Source: Wolbachia endosymbiont strain TRS of Brugia malayi | GTDB taxonomy: Bacteria; Pseudomonadota; Alphaproteobacteria; Rickettsiales; Anaplasmataceae | Assembly (NCBI RefSeq): GCF_000008385.1 | Contig: NC_006833.1 | Coordinates: forward strand, 720,001 to 752,000 | Length of the DNA: 32,000 nucleotides | Direction: 5' to 3' | Shown: piece by piece, positions 1-13,768 of the stretch | Numbering within the stretch: position 1 is the stretch's first letter | Layout of the letters: each line of letters opens with the position of its first letter | Notes under the pieces: model-generated | What the model was told of the DNA's origin: nothing | The model's database searches: none | The model's input: only the letters and a program-made list of their open reading frames with translations | Made by a program: the position numbers and the translations under genes

Positions 1-254
1 TAACAAAAAAACGCCGAATAAGTTTTTATCATTACTACCTATTAAAACAACAACATTCACTTTTTTCTAATTACAGAGTTACATTCATCAAATAAACATA
101 ACTACACTCTCCCTAAGCTGATTTCACTCTTTTTAGAACTCACAGATAACTATTTTGAAAGGAAGGTTCACTCAATCAAGGGCATGCAAAAGAAAGACTC
201 ACACAAGAACAAGAATCCAAAATTTATTCCAAACATATAAACTAGATGTCAGAA

Positions 255-726
255 GTAAATATTTCAGATTCATCAAAAAAGAACTCATGCGTGACTTCTT
301 ACATAACCCAAATTAAAATTTTAAAATTGGCGTTTTTTGTGTGCCCTTGAACTGCTTCAGCTATAAATATTAAGAAATTTATTAAATAAAAAAAGGCAAG
401 AGAACCCCGAGGTAGCTAGTATTCACATTCTCCCTTGTCAATTAAGCATTTTCTACTTTCTTAAACGCTTTATAAGCGCGTTTCGGCTTGTATGGGTAAA
501 AATCAGACATATAAAAGGTATAAGGTGCACATAGTGCAAAAAATTAAATATGATACCCAATACCCTAAGCTTTTTTTCATTAACCTGTACAGATTGCAAA
601 GATAAATGATTAGCCTCAGTATCACGATAAGGGGCTGCGAGGCTTGCCAAGTAGTTTTTTCGTCTTTAATAACGTTGTTATATGCCTAATGCACTACCAA
701 AAACTATGTAAGAGATCTAATGCTAG
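255..726 (-). repeat. Copy 1 of a dispersed non-coding intergenic repeat, inverted relative to copy 2 at 15457-15870
   Basis: The reverse complement of 460-550 aligns by eye with 15611-15700. Identical blocks are tttaattttt, gcactatgtgcacc, atttttacc, atacaagc and gaaacgcgcttataaagcg. Flanking blocks also match: 714-726 vs 15457-15470, 641-660 vs 15495-15513, and about 385-430 vs 15735-15775. The 65-aa ORF at 453-650 has stops in the copy 2 equivalent, so the repeat is not coding. Outer boundaries are approximate. Confidence 0.75.
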
Positions 727-892
727 AGAAGCAGGTCTACCCCCAATAAGAGAACCCTTGTATGATTTATAATGTTGCACTAAACCCTAGAAATAAGATA
801 ACAAGTTAATAAAGAGTGCCTATAATCGGCAATTAGCCTTACTTATCTATAGAAATTGATATTAAAACTCGTGTACTACCTAAAAGGTATGG

Positions 893-2956
<2,064 letters not shown>

Positions 2957-3089
2957 TTAATATAATACCATGTTAGCTTCATCGTCAAGTTGCGAATTTC
3001 CTTTAATTCAGCGTATGATACTTGATAAAGTACTGAGAAACAACAAAAGAAGTTGCAGATATTAAACGGCTTAAGAGTGATATATTTAT

Positions 3090-3119
3090 TTGCAATTGAT
3101 GACCGGAATTATTTATCAT
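3090..3119 (+). promoter_or_regulatory. Candidate sigma70-like promoter upstream of surE
   Basis: TTGCAA at 3090-3095, an 18-nt spacer, then TATCAT at 3114-3119, about 26 nt before the surE ATG. AT-rich DNA gives many chance matches. Confidence 0.2.
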
Positions 3120-3145
3120 AACTTTGGAACTATACAAAATTTTAT

Positions 3146-3898
3146 ATGATTATATTAATAACAAATGATGACGGTTTCGAAAGTGAAGGAATAAAATTAC
3201 TTAAAGAGGTTGCACGAAATTTCGCATCAGAAATCTGGATAGTGGCACCAGATACTGATAGAAGTGGAGCAGCAAGATCTCTTGATCATCCAGTGAAGCA
3301 GTCTATTAGAATAAACCAACACAATGAAAGGGAGTTCAGTGTGTCTGGCACCCCTGCAGATTGTGTAATTATCGCACTAAATAAGATTATGGATAAAAAG
3401 CCAGACTTAGTATTATCTGGAGTAAACATTGGGTCAAATGTTGGAGATGATGTTTGTTATTCAGGAACAATCGGCGCTGTAATGGAAGGTGCTGCAAGAT
3501 CTATACCTTCTATTGCGCTAAGTCAAGCATACCATGGTGGAATAAACTGGTACAATACAAAGATTTTTGCCCCAAAGGTTATTGCTAAACTAGTTAAGGT
3601 TGGCTGGCCTAAAAATATAGCGATGAGCATAAATTTTTCCGCTACAGAAAAAGTAAAAGGAGTAGAATTTGCTGAACAAGGTGAATACAACATTGATGGA
3701 GACTTAACTTTCACTGAAAATCCGGACGGTTCTTTAAGTTTAAATTGGTCTCGAGAACATTTAGGTAGCGGTAGTGTAGGCAAAATCAAAGAAGGATTTA
3801 TTACCATTACACCAATAAAATTAGATTTTACAGATTATGATACACTGAATGCTATGAAAAATTCTTATGCAGAGGAATTTTCTTCTATAGTTAATTGA
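3146..3898 (+). CDS. surE: 5'/3'-nucleotidase SurE
   Basis: 250-aa ORF. The N-terminal MIILITNDDGFESEGIKLL and SGVNIGSNVGDDVCYSGTIGAVMEG are typical SurE signatures. Confidence 0.93.
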   Translation: MIILITNDDGFESEGIKLLKEVARNFASEIWIVAPDTDRSGAARSLDHPVKQSIRINQHNEREFSVSGTPADCVIIALNKIMDKKPDLVLSGVNIGSNVGDDVCYSGTIGAVMEGAARSIPSIALSQAYHGGINWYNTKIFAPKVIAKLVKVGWPKNIAMSINFSATEKVKGVEFAEQGEYNIDGDLTFTENPDGSLSLNWSREHLGSGSVGKIKEGFITITPIKLDFTDYDTLNAMKNSYAEEFSSIVN

Positions 3899-4140
3899 AA
3901 AAACATTTGCAAATCTTTTATTAGTTGAATAACATATGGTAGTCAGACATAATAACCTCCTACTTCGCACCTTTTAGGTGCGAATTGAGGCATTTGGCAG
4001 GTATAATTAGGTTTTTGAGCAACTAAAGGAAGAAGTATCACAATTTTCTCACTTATTATATAACACCTCACACCCTGGAACCATACACTAAGATTAAACC
4101 TTATCCCAAGTTCTACACTGTGAGAAAGTTTTTGCAGTTT

Positions 4141-4530
4141 CTATAACCTATAACCAGCAAAAATACTTGTCTTTAAAGAAAGTGGAAGATTAATACCAGA
4201 GCTTATCTGATAAGCGAAAAAAATATCATTATCTGTAAATTTTTTGTAAGATTGCTTGATTCCAGTAATACCTATTCTAGCAGTAATATATAGAGCGATA
4301 TCTGTACCTTTAATCTTATAGTTATAATGTAATTTTGCAAGAAATCCCACTTCAGATCCTTTTCTGTAGAATCATAAGCAGAGCATAATGCCTAAGCTCC
4401 AATTGAAACTTTAGTGATGCCTGTATAATGATAGACGATATCAGCTACAAAAAAGTCATTATGATATAGAGGCACATCACAGTAGACCCTATCTCTAATC
4501 CAATCAACTCCAAAGCATGGCTAGACAAAA
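4141..4530 (-). pseudogene. Remnant of a beta-barrel outer-membrane/surface-antigen family protein (C-terminal part only)
   Basis: The 69-aa ORF (4141-4350) has alternating-hydrophobic beta-strand character and ends ...SIFAGYRL. The upstream reading (FGVDWIRDRVY...HYTGITKVSIGA*) continues in another frame across a stop and a frameshift. No N-terminus or signal peptide is present. Confidence 0.35.
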
Positions 4531-4847
4531 AAAGAAGTAAACAATGTATATAAAATAATTAAATTTTCATCCTAATTATAAAATATTAACATATAATAAA
4601 TATATCATAAACATAAAAACAATACAAGATAAAATTTAACTACTTATTTTGATCTTACCCAGAAAAAGCGGTAAAAAATTAGTAATATTTTTACAAAAAG
4701 GGCAATAAACCAAATTACCCAGGAACGTAACAATTAATAGCAGAATACCTACACTGTCTATTAGTAAAAACTCCTATGTATTCAAATATAGCAATATTTC
4801 AACACTTGAGTATTTCTATAATCCAGGAAAATCATCTTTTTTATTTT

Positions 4848-7259
4848 TTATAGGGAAAAAAGTGCACTGCTTCCATTATCGCTTTCAATTGGAATAGTAG
4901 GTCGTATTAAAGCAATTTTTATAACTTCATCAATGTTCTTAACAAAAACTACGTTGATCTCTTTTTTAATATTTGCTGGAATTTCTTGCATATCCTTTTC
5001 ATTTTCGCCAGGTATAATCACAGTCTTGATTGATCCTCTGAGCGCCGCAAGTAACTTTTCTCTCAGACCTCCAATAGCTAAAACTCTACCACGTAATGTT
5101 ACCTCACCTGTCATAGCAACATTCTTGTTAATCGGTATATTTGTCATAAGAGAAACAATGGATGTACATACTGCACTACCAGCAGAAGGACCATCTTTTG
5201 GTACAGCACCCTCAGGTAGATGTAAATGTATATCATTATTTTTGAACTTTTCAGGTTTTATACCAAAAAATAGACAATTTGATCGAACATAACTATATGC
5301 AGCCTTTATAGATTCTTGCATAACCTCTCCAAGCTTTCCTGTGTATTTTATTTCCCCCTTGCCTGGAATCAGGACTGATTCTATCATTAAAATATCACCA
5401 CCTGTTTCAGTATAGGCAAGTCCAGTTACTACCCCTACTAAGCTATCTTTTTCTGCAATACCAAAGGTGTATTTACGCACTCCCAAATAATCTTGTAAGT
5501 TATCAACTCCTACAGATATTTTCTTATTTTGACCTGCCAATATTTCTTTAACTGCTTTTCTCATGAGCTTTGCAAGCTCCCTTTCCATACTACGGACACC
5601 ACTTTCACGTGTATATAAGCGTATTAACTCATATAGTGCATCATTAGTTATGCCCCATTCTCTCTGACGTAAGCCATGCTCTTTTTTTAATTTGGGAATT
5701 AGATGATATTTAGCAATATTGATTTTTTCATCCTCAGTATAACCAGACAATTGTATAATCTCCATCCTATCACGCAAAGGGTGTGGCAAATTTAAGCTGT
5801 TTGCTGTAGCTACAAACATTACACTCGAAAGATTAAATTCAACTTCTAAGTAATGATCAGTAAAGTGCTTATTGTGTTCAGTATCTAAAACTTCAAGCAA
5901 TGCAGATGCAGGGTCACCACGCGAATCAGAACCCATCTTATCTATTTCATCAAGCAAAAAAAGCGGGTTACACGAATTAGCTTTTTTCATATGCTGAATG
6001 ATTTTGCCAGGCATTGAACCAATGTAAGTTTTTCTATGGCCACGTATCTCAGATTCGTCACGTACACCACCAAGAGCTATGCGAACAAAATCTCTACCTA
6101 CCGCTCTTGCCATAGACTTAGCTAAAGAAGTTTTACCAACACCAGGTGGTCCAACCAAGCAAAGTATAGGACCTTTTATCTCTTTTACTCTCTTTAATAC
6201 TGCTAAAAACTCTATTATCCTATCTTTTACTTTTTCTATGCCATAATGATTTTCATCTAAGATCTTTTTAGCTGCATTTAAATTAATTTTCGCATCTTTA
6301 TACTTTCCCCATGGTAGATCAAGCAACCAATATAGATAATTAGATATAACCGTAGCTTCAGGAGAAATGGGATTCATTTTCTTATATCTCTTTAACTCAG
6401 TCATAGCTTTTTCCCTTGCTTCCTGGGAAAGCTTTATTTCATTTATCTTTTTTTCAAATTCATTTATTATATTTCCCTCCTCTCCATTCTCAAATTCACC
6501 CAATTCTTTCTGTATGGCCTTCAACTGCTCATTAAGGTAGTAAACTTTCTGAGTACTTTCAACTTGTGATTTAATTGTTTTATATAAACGGTTTTGCGCA
6601 TTCAAAATACTTATTTCTCTTTCAATAAAGGCAAAAGCTTTTTTTAAACGCTCTTCCAAGCTATAAGTTTCAAGTATACTTTGTTTATCTGATGCTTTTA
6701 TACTTAAATATGAGATTACCGTATCTACAAGCTGATCAATTTTTTTGATCTGCTCGACGGGATTAACAATAATTTCAGGATGATTTTTTTTGTTTAGTTT
6801 ACACCAGCTATCAAACGCATTTATAACAGCTCGCCTTAAAGCTTCCAGGTCAACATTATCCTCACTTTCCTCATACTCATGATAACTATCTAACTCTACC
6901 CTAGCTTGTAGTAAAGCATGAGAGTCAATATACTCTATAACTTTCCCCCTGCTCACTCCTTGGATTACAACTTTTACTGCATTATCAGGTAATTTTATCA
7001 AGGGTTGCACAATATTTGCCAACACACCTACTTCATACAGATCTTTTGGCTCTGGGTTATCAATAGAGCCATCTTGCTGTGCTACGAGAAAAATCTCATT
7101 TTGACGACTGCGATTATTAATTGCATACTCTAGTGCGCTAATAGATTTTTCCCTGCCTATAAATAAAGGCACCACTATATTTGGAAAAATTACTACATCT
7201 CTTAAAGGCAATACTGGCAATGTAGCAAAACCAGAATCTACAGCACATTCAACTTTCAT
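4848..7259 (-). CDS. lon: ATP-dependent Lon protease
   Basis: 803-aa ORF with the Lon N-terminal domain and Walker A GPPGVGKTS. The catalytic serine context is PKDGPSAG. Confidence 0.96.
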   Translation of the reverse strand: MKVECAVDSGFATLPVLPLRDVVIFPNIVVPLFIGREKSISALEYAINNRSRQNEIFLVAQQDGSIDNPEPKDLYEVGVLANIVQPLIKLPDNAVKVVIQGVSRGKVIEYIDSHALLQARVELDSYHEYEESEDNVDLEALRRAVINAFDSWCKLNKKNHPEIIVNPVEQIKKIDQLVDTVISYLSIKASDKQSILETYSLEERLKKAFAFIEREISILNAQNRLYKTIKSQVESTQKVYYLNEQLKAIQKELGEFENGEEGNIINEFEKKINEIKLSQEAREKAMTELKRYKKMNPISPEATVISNYLYWLLDLPWGKYKDAKINLNAAKKILDENHYGIEKVKDRIIEFLAVLKRVKEIKGPILCLVGPPGVGKTSLAKSMARAVGRDFVRIALGGVRDESEIRGHRKTYIGSMPGKIIQHMKKANSCNPLFLLDEIDKMGSDSRGDPASALLEVLDTEHNKHFTDHYLEVEFNLSSVMFVATANSLNLPHPLRDRMEIIQLSGYTEDEKINIAKYHLIPKLKKEHGLRQREWGITNDALYELIRLYTRESGVRSMERELAKLMRKAVKEILAGQNKKISVGVDNLQDYLGVRKYTFGIAEKDSLVGVVTGLAYTETGGDILMIESVLIPGKGEIKYTGKLGEVMQESIKAAYSYVRSNCLFFGIKPEKFKNNDIHLHLPEGAVPKDGPSAGSAVCTSIVSLMTNIPINKNVAMTGEVTLRGRVLAIGGLREKLLAALRGSIKTVIIPGENEKDMQEIPANIKKEINVVFVKNIDEVIKIALIRPTIPIESDNGSSALFSL

Positions 7260-7274
7260 AATACATGTCTCAAA

Positions 7275-8555
7275 TTAATCATTAACTGTTATAACATTGC
7301 CCTTGTTATTATGATTAATCACTGCTTTCCCTAATTCTACCATTTCCTTAGTGATTACTATTGTACTACCCTCAAAACCCCCATTTCCAGCTGTATACAT
7401 AACATCAAGCAAAAGTGATTCTAAAATAGCACGTAACATCCTTGCACCTGTTTTATAACTCATAGCTTTTTCAGCAATAGCTGATATTGCTTCATCTGAA
7501 AATTCAAGGTTTACCTTGCTAAAAGCAAGTAACGCCTTGTATTGCTTTATTAGCGCATTTCTTGGCTCTATCAATACATGTACTAGATCTTCATGGTCCA
7601 GCTCATCTAAAACAGCAGTTATTGGAACCCGTCCTACAAATTCTGGTATTAAACCAAATTTGATCAAATCTTCAGGTTGAACATCATGCAAAGTATTCTT
7701 TTTCTTTTGCTCTTTAGATTGACTTATATCTGCTCCAAAGCCAACTGATGTTCCCTTTTTTCTTGCTTCAATAATTTTATTTAGACCTTCAAAAGCTCCT
7801 CCACAAATAAATAGTATGTTATTAGTATCTACTTGTATAAACTCTTGTTGTGGGTGCTTTCGCCCACCCTGTGGTGGAACATAAGCAACTGTGCCCTCCA
7901 TTATCTTAAGCAAAGCTTGCTGGACTCCCTCACCTGAAACGTCACGTGTTATCGAAGTGCTTTCAGATTTTCTTGTGATCTTGTCTATTTCATCTATAAA
8001 CACTATACCACGCTGTGCCTTTGCAACATCATAATTTGCAGCTTGCAATAGACGCGACAACACGCTTTCTACATCATCACCTACATAACCTGCCTCGGTC
8101 AAAGTTGTCGCATCAGCCATAGCGAATGGTACATCTGAAACTTTAGCAAGCGTTTTAGCTAGTAAAGTTTTACCAGAACCAGTGGGACCAATGAGCATCA
8201 CATTCGATTTTTCAATTTCGACATCACTTATGGCATTAAACTGTGCCATGGATTGACAATGGTTATACATAGCCACAGACAAAACGTGTTGTGCGTGCTC
8301 TTGACCTACAACATGCTTGCTAAGAAAAATTTTTATATCCTCAGGCTTTTTTAGTAATAACTTTACATCAGACATATAATCTGAATTAAAAGATCCACCT
8401 TTCTTTTGACTTATTGCTTTATGGGATAACTCTATGCACTCGTTGCAAATAAACACTTTCAAACCATCTGAAGAATTAGTAATCAACTTGTCTACTTCAT
8501 TTTGTGCCTTGTTGCAAAAAGAACAGTAGTGTAAATCGTCATTGTTGTTATCCAT
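7275..8555 (-). CDS. clpX: ATP-dependent Clp protease ATP-binding subunit ClpX
   Basis: 426-aa ORF with an N-terminal zinc finger (CSFCNK...CNEC) and Walker A GPTGSGKT. Its ATG overlaps the clpP stop by 1 nt (TAATG on the minus strand). Confidence 0.96.
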   Translation of the reverse strand: MDNNNDDLHYCSFCNKAQNEVDKLITNSSDGLKVFICNECIELSHKAISQKKGGSFNSDYMSDVKLLLKKPEDIKIFLSKHVVGQEHAQHVLSVAMYNHCQSMAQFNAISDVEIEKSNVMLIGPTGSGKTLLAKTLAKVSDVPFAMADATTLTEAGYVGDDVESVLSRLLQAANYDVAKAQRGIVFIDEIDKITRKSESTSITRDVSGEGVQQALLKIMEGTVAYVPPQGGRKHPQQEFIQVDTNNILFICGGAFEGLNKIIEARKKGTSVGFGADISQSKEQKKKNTLHDVQPEDLIKFGLIPEFVGRVPITAVLDELDHEDLVHVLIEPRNALIKQYKALLAFSKVNLEFSDEAISAIAEKAMSYKTGARMLRAILESLLLDVMYTAGNGGFEGSTIVITKEMVELGKAVINHNNKGNVITVND

Positions 8556-9181
8556 TAACCTACCTTTTGTTCAACTTTAATATTCTCAACCTTAATATCC
8601 TTACGCTCAGCTATTACTCTATCAATCAAGCCAATTCTTCTCGCTTCTTCAGGATCCATGAATTTATCTCTTTCCATCATTCCTTCAATTTTCTTCAGTG
8701 AATTTCCAGTATGTTTTTCATAAATCTGATTCAGTTTTCTCTTAACCCGCAAAATTTCATTAGCATGTATTTCTATATCAGTTGCTTGACCCTGATAACC
8801 ACCAGATGGCTGATGTATCATAATTCTTGAATGAGGTAGAGAGTAACGCTTACCTTCTGTGCCAGCTGCAAGTAATAAAGAACCCATAGACGCAGCTTGA
8901 CCTATACACAAAGTTGAAACATCTGGCTTTATATACTGCATTGTATCATAAATCGACAAACCAGCAGTTACAACACCACCTGGTGAATTAATGTACATAT
9001 AAATGTCTTTATCAGGGTTTTCCGATTCTAAAAATAAAAGCTGTGCTACTATTACGCTGGCCATGTTATCTTCAACAGGACCAGTTACAAAAATTATCCT
9101 CTCTTTTACTAGCCTAGAATATATGTCATAAGCACGCTCACCACGACTAGTTTGCTCAATTACAATTGGTATAAGAGTCAT
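8555..9181 (-). CDS. clpP: ATP-dependent Clp protease proteolytic subunit ClpP
   Basis: 208-aa [20 protein letters not shown]-type N-terminus, active-site GQAASMG and IHQP motifs. Confidence 0.96.
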   Translation of the reverse strand: MTLIPIVIEQTSRGERAYDIYSRLVKERIIFVTGPVEDNMASVIVAQLLFLESENPDKDIYMYINSPGGVVTAGLSIYDTMQYIKPDVSTLCIGQAASMGSLLLAAGTEGKRYSLPHSRIMIHQPSGGYQGQATDIEIHANEILRVKRKLNQIYEKHTGNSLKKIEGMMERDKFMDPEEARRIGLIDRVIAERKDIKVENIKVEQKVG

Positions 9182-9192
9182 ACCTTTTCCTA

Positions 9193-10536
9193 CTAAATAT
9201 TACCAAACAATTCTTTTAACTCTTTCACAGAAACAATTTGCTCTTCTTTATTAACTTTTTCTATTATGTAACTCGTAACTTTATGCTCTAGAGCTTGCCC
9301 TCTAACTAACTCTTGAAATTGTCTGTCTGACTTAAAATGCTTAAATACCCTATCAAATGGCACATCTTTACTGATATACTGATTTACAATAACATTTAAA
9401 ATATCATTTTGAGTTAACGATATCTTATGCTCTGTACTAAACTTCATAAATAACATTGCAAGTTTTACACGCCTTTCAGCTTCCTTACAAGAGTCATCCT
9501 TAGAGCCCAACTCCCTTTCCACTCTCTGTTGCTCCTGTCTTACTACATCTGTAGGTAAATCAAAGCTATAATTAGCATCCAAATAGTCAAATAGCTCCTT
9601 CTTAATCAAGAGATCTCTCATTTCTTCACACTGACCACCAATTACTTCTTTTGCATGATTTTTTAGCGAAGAACAATCTCTAAACCCAATTTTCTTAGCC
9701 ATTTCATCATCACCTCCAAAATCTTCAGCAACTTGAATATCATTAACTCGAACAGAAAAATTAGCCTCTTGTCCCGCAAGGGAAATGGTTTGATAATCCT
9801 CAGGAAATTTCAACTTAAAACTTTTTGTTTCTCCTTTTTTCATACCAGTTAATTGATTTTCAAAACCATTAATAAATGTGCCAGACCCTAAAGTAACTTT
9901 AAAGTTTTTGTTGCTCCCACCCTGAAAAAGCTTATTTCTAATTCGTCCTTCAAAGTCAATTACCAATTTATCTCCATTCTTTGCCTGATAAGAAGCATCA
10001 TCAACAGAAACAAAGCTAGGAAATCTTGTTTTTATAGAATCGACAAACCCTTTTATGTCCTCCTCTTCAATCCTTGCTTCAACTTTTTTCAAATTTATTT
10101 TATCAAGATCTATTACTGGTACTTCCGGCATTGATTCAAAAGACAGTTTGTATACAAAATTGCTCTTCTCACCCTCTTCATTCAAATTTGGTAATGACAT
10201 AATATCAACCTTAGGATAAATGTGAGACTTGACTTCAATTTTTTTCATTAAATCACTTGAGCAATAGTCAATCGTACTATTTACTACATATTCCAAAGCT
10301 TCGTTCTTATAATTTGTAACAACAAGATCATAGGGCATCTTTCCAGACCTAAATCCAGGCAATTTTGCGTTTTTTGCTATTTCTTGTAGTCTAGAATTCA
10401 CCTTTTGTTCTATATAATTGCTACCAACCGTGATTTCATACTCATGCTTTAGTTTATCTATACTAAGTTCCTTATAAGTATATATACTACTTAATGTATC
10501 TACTTCTACTGCATTTTGAGGTATATTACTAGACAT
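9193..10536 (-). CDS. tig: Trigger factor
   Basis: 447-aa ORF at the head of the canonical tig-clpP-clpX-lon arrangement. It has a central FKBP-type PPIase segment ([10 protein letters not shown]...[12 protein letters not shown]). Confidence 0.93.
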   Translation of the reverse strand: MSSNIPQNAVEVDTLSSIYTYKELSIDKLKHEYEITVGSNYIEQKVNSRLQEIAKNAKLPGFRSGKMPYDLVVTNYKNEALEYVVNSTIDYCSSDLMKKIEVKSHIYPKVDIMSLPNLNEEGEKSNFVYKLSFESMPEVPVIDLDKINLKKVEARIEEEDIKGFVDSIKTRFPSFVSVDDASYQAKNGDKLVIDFEGRIRNKLFQGGSNKNFKVTLGSGTFINGFENQLTGMKKGETKSFKLKFPEDYQTISLAGQEANFSVRVNDIQVAEDFGGDDEMAKKIGFRDCSSLKNHAKEVIGGQCEEMRDLLIKKELFDYLDANYSFDLPTDVVRQEQQRVERELGSKDDSCKEAERRVKLAMLFMKFSTEHKISLTQNDILNVIVNQYISKDVPFDRVFKHFKSDRQFQELVRGQALEHKVTSYIIEKVNKEEQIVSVKELKELFGNI

Positions 10537-10695
10537 TACAATCCATTTATCAACATTTTAATTTATATTCTAACAGAGTCATTCTATCAGAATTTAAGTT
10601 AAATACAATCTTTAAGAACAGGTTTTTTCACACAGCTAAAAGTGTATTCAGTGATTATAAATTTTTTCTTAAAACCTAAGTTACATGATTTCAAG

Positions 10696-10777
10696 TGCGG
10701 ATAGAGGGACTTGAACCCCCATGAGCAAGCTCACCAGGACCTAAACCTGGCACGTCTACCAATTCCATCATATCCGC
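10696..10777 (-). tRNA. tRNA-Leu (anticodon UAG), type II with long variable arm, no encoded CCA
   Basis: Minus-strand sequence is gcggatatgatggaattggtagacgtgccaggtttaggtcctggtgagcttgctcatgggggttcaagtccctctatccgca. Acceptor stem is GCGGATA/TATCCGC. Anticodon stem is ccagg/cctgg with loop tt-TAG-gt. The 13-nt variable arm and the GGTTCAAGT T-loop complete the fold. Confidence 0.9.
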
Positions 10778-10916
10778 AAAAAATCTTCAGTACTCCATTA
10801 TAGGTACACTATTAAAATATTCAAGATTTAAAGTCTTACTTAATTTATGGTATTTACACAATCAAAAAAGCTTATTAACATTTCTTAATAAGAGCTCTAA
10901 ATTCTAAAAACCAATA

Positions 10917-11507
10917 ATGAAATTAATAACAAGTTTATTACTTGCAATTTTTCTGATCACACAGAGTGGCTGCACAACCCTTATAATAGGTGGTGTAGTG
11001 GCAACAGCAACAGCAATAACAATGCAAGATAAATCCCTGGGAAATATCGTTGATGACACAACCATGGTCATTAGAATCAACAAGGAACTTTTAAAACATG
11101 GGCTATTTTCATCTATTAAGGTTAGAGTAAGTGAAGGAAGAGTATTGCTTATTGGAAACGTTGACACTCCTGAGAAGCAACTCACAGCAGAAAAAATAGC
11201 TTGGCAGCAAAAAGAAGTTAAAGAAGTGATAAATGAGACAAGAGTAACACCAATTCAAACTACTTCCATGTTTGATACCACTGTGGATTATATGATAACG
11301 GCAGAAATAAGAACAAGACTCCTGGGAAAAAGAAACATCAAATCAATTAACTATAGCATCAATACGGTTGATGGAGTTGTTTATTTGATGGGTATAGCCC
11401 AAAATAAAGCAGAATTAAAAGCCGTAATAGCAATTGCAAGAAAAGTAAAGGGAGTAAAACAAGTCGTGAGCTATATACGGTATAGAAATAGCAAGTTACG
11501 TCATTAA
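10917..11507 (+). CDS. BON-domain (OsmY-like) lipoprotein
   Basis: 196-aa ORF with a signal peptide and a lipobox-like LITQSGC. Two BON-like segments are present (VRVSEGRVLLIGNVDTPEKQ and INTVDGVVYLMGIAQNKAE...VKGVKQV). Confidence 0.75.
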   Translation: MKLITSLLLAIFLITQSGCTTLIIGGVVATATAITMQDKSLGNIVDDTTMVIRINKELLKHGLFSSIKVRVSEGRVLLIGNVDTPEKQLTAEKIAWQQKEVKEVINETRVTPIQTTSMFDTTVDYMITAEIRTRLLGKRNIKSINYSINTVDGVVYLMGIAQNKAELKAVIAIARKVKGVKQVVSYIRYRNSKLRH

Positions 11508-11559
11508 CGGACTTCTTTGAAACTTAGTTTTCAGCAGTAATTTTTATATCAAAAGTGAT

Positions 11560-12501
11560 ATGCAAACAAGAGTAGCTTTTCAAATGGATGAAAATATAAA
11601 CTTTGAAACTGATACTACATTTGCATTAATAAAAGAGGCACAAAGAAGGAAGTACAAAGTTTTTGCCTATGCCCCTAGCAATTTAGCACTAAAGCTAAAT
11701 CAGCCAATTGCTCTTGCTCAGAAAGTCAGTGTTGATGATTGTAATTTTACCTCTAAAGAAGATGTAGTTATTAACTTGAATGAAATGGATATCATATTTA
11801 TCAGACAAGACCCACCTTTTGATATGCGTTACATTACAACTACCTATATTTTAGAAAAAACTAGAGCACTGGTAATTAATAATCCAACAGAAATGAGAAA
11901 TTGTCCTGAAAAATTGATAACTTCATTATTTCCAGAGTTAATTCCTCCAACTTTGATTACTGAAAATATATCAATGATCAGAGATTTTTACCACGATTAC
12001 AGAGGTATTATTCTGAAGCCATTGTACAGCTATGGAGGAAACGATGTAATAAGAATACAAAATGAAAACAGTATTCAAGTAGTAGTGGAACTTATGATCA
12101 CAAAATATAAATGTCCTGTAATTGCACAAGCATTTTGTAAAAATGTAAACAAAGATAAAAGAATATTGTTGCTGGATGGTCAACCAATTGGAGTAATGAA
12201 ACGAGTTCCAAGGGTCAGTGGAGAAATTAGAACAAATTTGCGGCTTGGAGCAAGTTTTGAACCCGTTGAAATGAACGATAGAGACAATGAAATATGTAAT
12301 AAAATTGGCCCTGAATTAAAGAAAAGAGGGCTAATATTTGTTGGCATTGATATTGTAGATGACTTTCTTCTCGAAATCAACATAACTTCACCCACGGGAG
12401 TAGTTTACATCAATAAACTATATAATACATCACTAGAAAAAGACCTATGGAACACATTTGAAGAAAAAGCCAGCAGCCATATTAGTCAACCAAGTTTGTG
12501 A
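11560..12501 (+). CDS. gshB: Glutathione synthetase (ATP-grasp)
   Basis: 313-aa ORF that lines up along its length with prokaryotic GshB. Matching segments include DTTFALIKEAQRR, IRQDPPFDMRYITTTYILE, DKRILLLDGQP, GEIRTNL, GLIFVGIDI and EINITSPT. Its 3' end overlaps convergent murG by 16 nt. Confidence 0.9.
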   Translation: MQTRVAFQMDENINFETDTTFALIKEAQRRKYKVFAYAPSNLALKLNQPIALAQKVSVDDCNFTSKEDVVINLNEMDIIFIRQDPPFDMRYITTTYILEKTRALVINNPTEMRNCPEKLITSLFPELIPPTLITENISMIRDFYHDYRGIILKPLYSYGGNDVIRIQNENSIQVVVELMITKYKCPVIAQAFCKNVNKDKRILLLDGQPIGVMKRVPRVSGEIRTNLRLGASFEPVEMNDRDNEICNKIGPELKKRGLIFVGIDIVDDFLLEINITSPTGVVYINKLYNTSLEKDLWNTFEEKASSHISQPSL

Positions 12502-13517
12502 ATTACTATTCTAATAAACTCAGTAACCCCATTCTTTATCCTTATTTTCTTAGTATTATTAGCCATATCACGTAGTTTTTGAGAATCACCTAACAGATTA
12601 ACTAGTAACTTCGTTAGATTTTTTTTCACCTCACTATTTTGCTCAACTACTACAGCTGCCCCTGAATCTTTAATATATTCCGCATTATAAAATTGATGAT
12701 CATCCTTTGAGCAAGGATAAGGAATATATATAGCAGGGCGTCTAGCAAGAGTGATCTCTGCTATTGAAGTTGCACCTGCCCTGCTAATTACCAAATGAGC
12801 ATCGGTTAATCTGCTTCCCATATCATCAAAAAATTCACTCAACTCACAAATAACCTGTCCTCCTTTGTATAAGCCCTCTACCTTATTCATATTTTTCTTC
12901 ATGCATTGTTGTACTACTCTAATCTTCTTTCTTATTTCAATAGGCAGGTTACAAATTACGCTACTTACTACATCATCAAAAAAATTTGCACCTTGGCTAC
13001 CTGCTATGATTAATACAGTTAGGATTTTCTTAGTGCTAGAATGGCTCTTTGCTTTTATATCAACAAAATTTCCTATAAAAACACATTTATTGCCTTTTGC
13101 ATACTTAGTTTCTGGAAAGCTAGTTGCAATCAATTCTGCACTATTGAAAAAGAATTTATTTACTCTCCCTAAAACCGCATTTTGTTCATGTAAAATTATA
13201 GGTATAGAAAGAACTTTTGCTGCAAGAAGAGTTGGAAAAGAAGCATAGCCACCAAAACCAATGACCAGTTTTGGTTTTAACTTTCTTATTTGATATAATG
13301 CTAACACACAACTATATATCAACAAGAGAAAAAACCTAAACTTATTGCCACCCGGTTTATTTAGTGGCAGGGTATAGTCCTTCACGTCAGTATTTTTACC
13401 TGTTTTTTTATCAGCAAATAATATGCTATCGTATCCTTGCCTTTTTATTGCTCTTGCTAAGGTTATAGCTGGAAAAATGTGTCCACCTGTACCACCTGTT
13501 GCTAGAACGATATCCAT
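12486..13517 (-). CDS. murG: UDP-N-acetylglucosamine--N-acetylmuramyl-(pentapeptide) pyrophosphoryl-undecaprenol GlcNAc transferase
   Basis: 343-aa ORF with the N-terminal ATGGTGGHIFPA glycine-rich motif. The length and C-terminal half (ISRAGATSIAE) are typical of MurG. Confidence 0.93.
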   Translation of the reverse strand: MDIVLATGGTGGHIFPAITLARAIKRQGYDSILFADKKTGKNTDVKDYTLPLNKPGGNKFRFFLLLIYSCVLALYQIRKLKPKLVIGFGGYASFPTLLAAKVLSIPIILHEQNAVLGRVNKFFFNSAELIATSFPETKYAKGNKCVFIGNFVDIKAKSHSSTKKILTVLIIAGSQGANFFDDVVSSVICNLPIEIRKKIRVVQQCMKKNMNKVEGLYKGGQVICELSEFFDDMGSRLTDAHLVISRAGATSIAEITLARRPAIYIPYPCSKDDHQFYNAEYIKDSGAAVVVEQNSEVKKNLTKLLVNLLGDSQKLRDMANNTKKIRIKNGVTEFIRIVIHKLG

Positions 13518-13768
13518 CTGTGAATAACAAAATGATGCTAGATTATTAACTATAATTTAATAACTTGCACGCAGAATCTTATTAAGCTTTATGATAGTTG
13601 AGTTACAATGCCCAAAAGTAGTAATAGCAAAAAAGAATCTAATGTGAAAAAAAAATAAACCTAAAGAACAAAGAGAAAGCAGGAGCGGAGTTTTTTTAAA
13701 CTGTTAAAAACATAATAAAAGTTCTCCTCAAATCAACTGTTGATCTCCCTTAGCAAGCTCAAAATAAA

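Noticed and set aside
453-650. 65-aa ORF (TTG start) in the first intergenic region
   Set aside because: It lies inside repeat copy 1, and the equivalent frame in copy 2 has early stops. The conservation is therefore at the nucleotide level, not the protein level.
3964-3984. Perfect 8-9 bp hairpin (ttcgcacc-ttt-ggtgcgaa) about 65 nt downstream of surE, considered as a rho-independent terminator
   Set aside because: No U-tract follows on either strand and the stem is short. It could be a terminator variant or a chance palindrome, and the sequence alone cannot support a call.
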